A DNA stretch of 63,907 nt, the filler included, from Vicugna vicugna (taxonomy: Eukaryota), in assembly GCA_013265495.1 (NCBI GenBank). It is 79 parts of 76 records of this genome, joined end to end, with 100 filler letters (N's around TTAATTAATTAA, not from the genome) between each part and the next. Parts side by side here need not be neighbours in the genome. Positions count along the whole stretch, not along the records: positions 63,857 to 63,907 come from MU063491.1; 78 more parts are not named here. The stretch is one strand, 5' to 3'. The translations under genes were made by a program, and so were the position numbers. The notes below the pieces were generated by a model. That model was not told the origin of the DNA and did not search any database. It was given only the letters and a program-made list of their open reading frames with translations. Shown here in pieces: positions 63,857-63,907 of this stretch; positions within the stretch are counted from its first letter, which is position 1, and each line of letters begins with the position of its first letter.

Positions 63857-63907
63857 ATTGCATTCCATGTTCTAAATTTTGTGTTCAATATTCTGTATTC
63901 TATATTC
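63857..63907 (-). repeat. Heptamer-based satellite (start of next scaffold)
   Basis: GCATTCCATGTTCTAAATT...ATATTCTGTATTCTATATTC. Confidence 0.9.

Overview
This is not a contiguous locus. It is about 79 short (0.05-1.6 kb) mammalian scaffolds concatenated with an artificial 100-bp spacer (44 N + TTAATTAATTAA + 44 N, stops in all six frames), so adjacency across spacers has no biological meaning. The L1 3' ends and satellites suggest a camelid (inference from memory, not verified). Roughly half of the pieces are tandem repeats: a homogeneous GC-rich 267-bp satellite, a homologous diverged ~266-bp family with higher-order structure, a ~245-bp family with an apparent trimer, its homogeneous ~248-bp relative, a 7-bp (AGAATAT)-based satellite and a 16-bp minisatellite. 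The rest is L1/L2/Tigger/MLT/ERV debris plus gene fragments: METTL7B (TMT1B) exon 1 end, a frameshifted two-exon LILR fragment, a frameshifted intron-containing ARHGAP20-like copy, and a 244-codon stop-free gamma-type ERV env SU fragment. The most novel candidate is a disrupted exon resembling the NBPF/PDE4DIP coiled-coil exon, lying in a segment present in at least two diverged copies. No prokaryotic-type system (CRISPR, operon) is present, and most ORFs in the supplied track are artefacts of N-runs or satellite periodicity.
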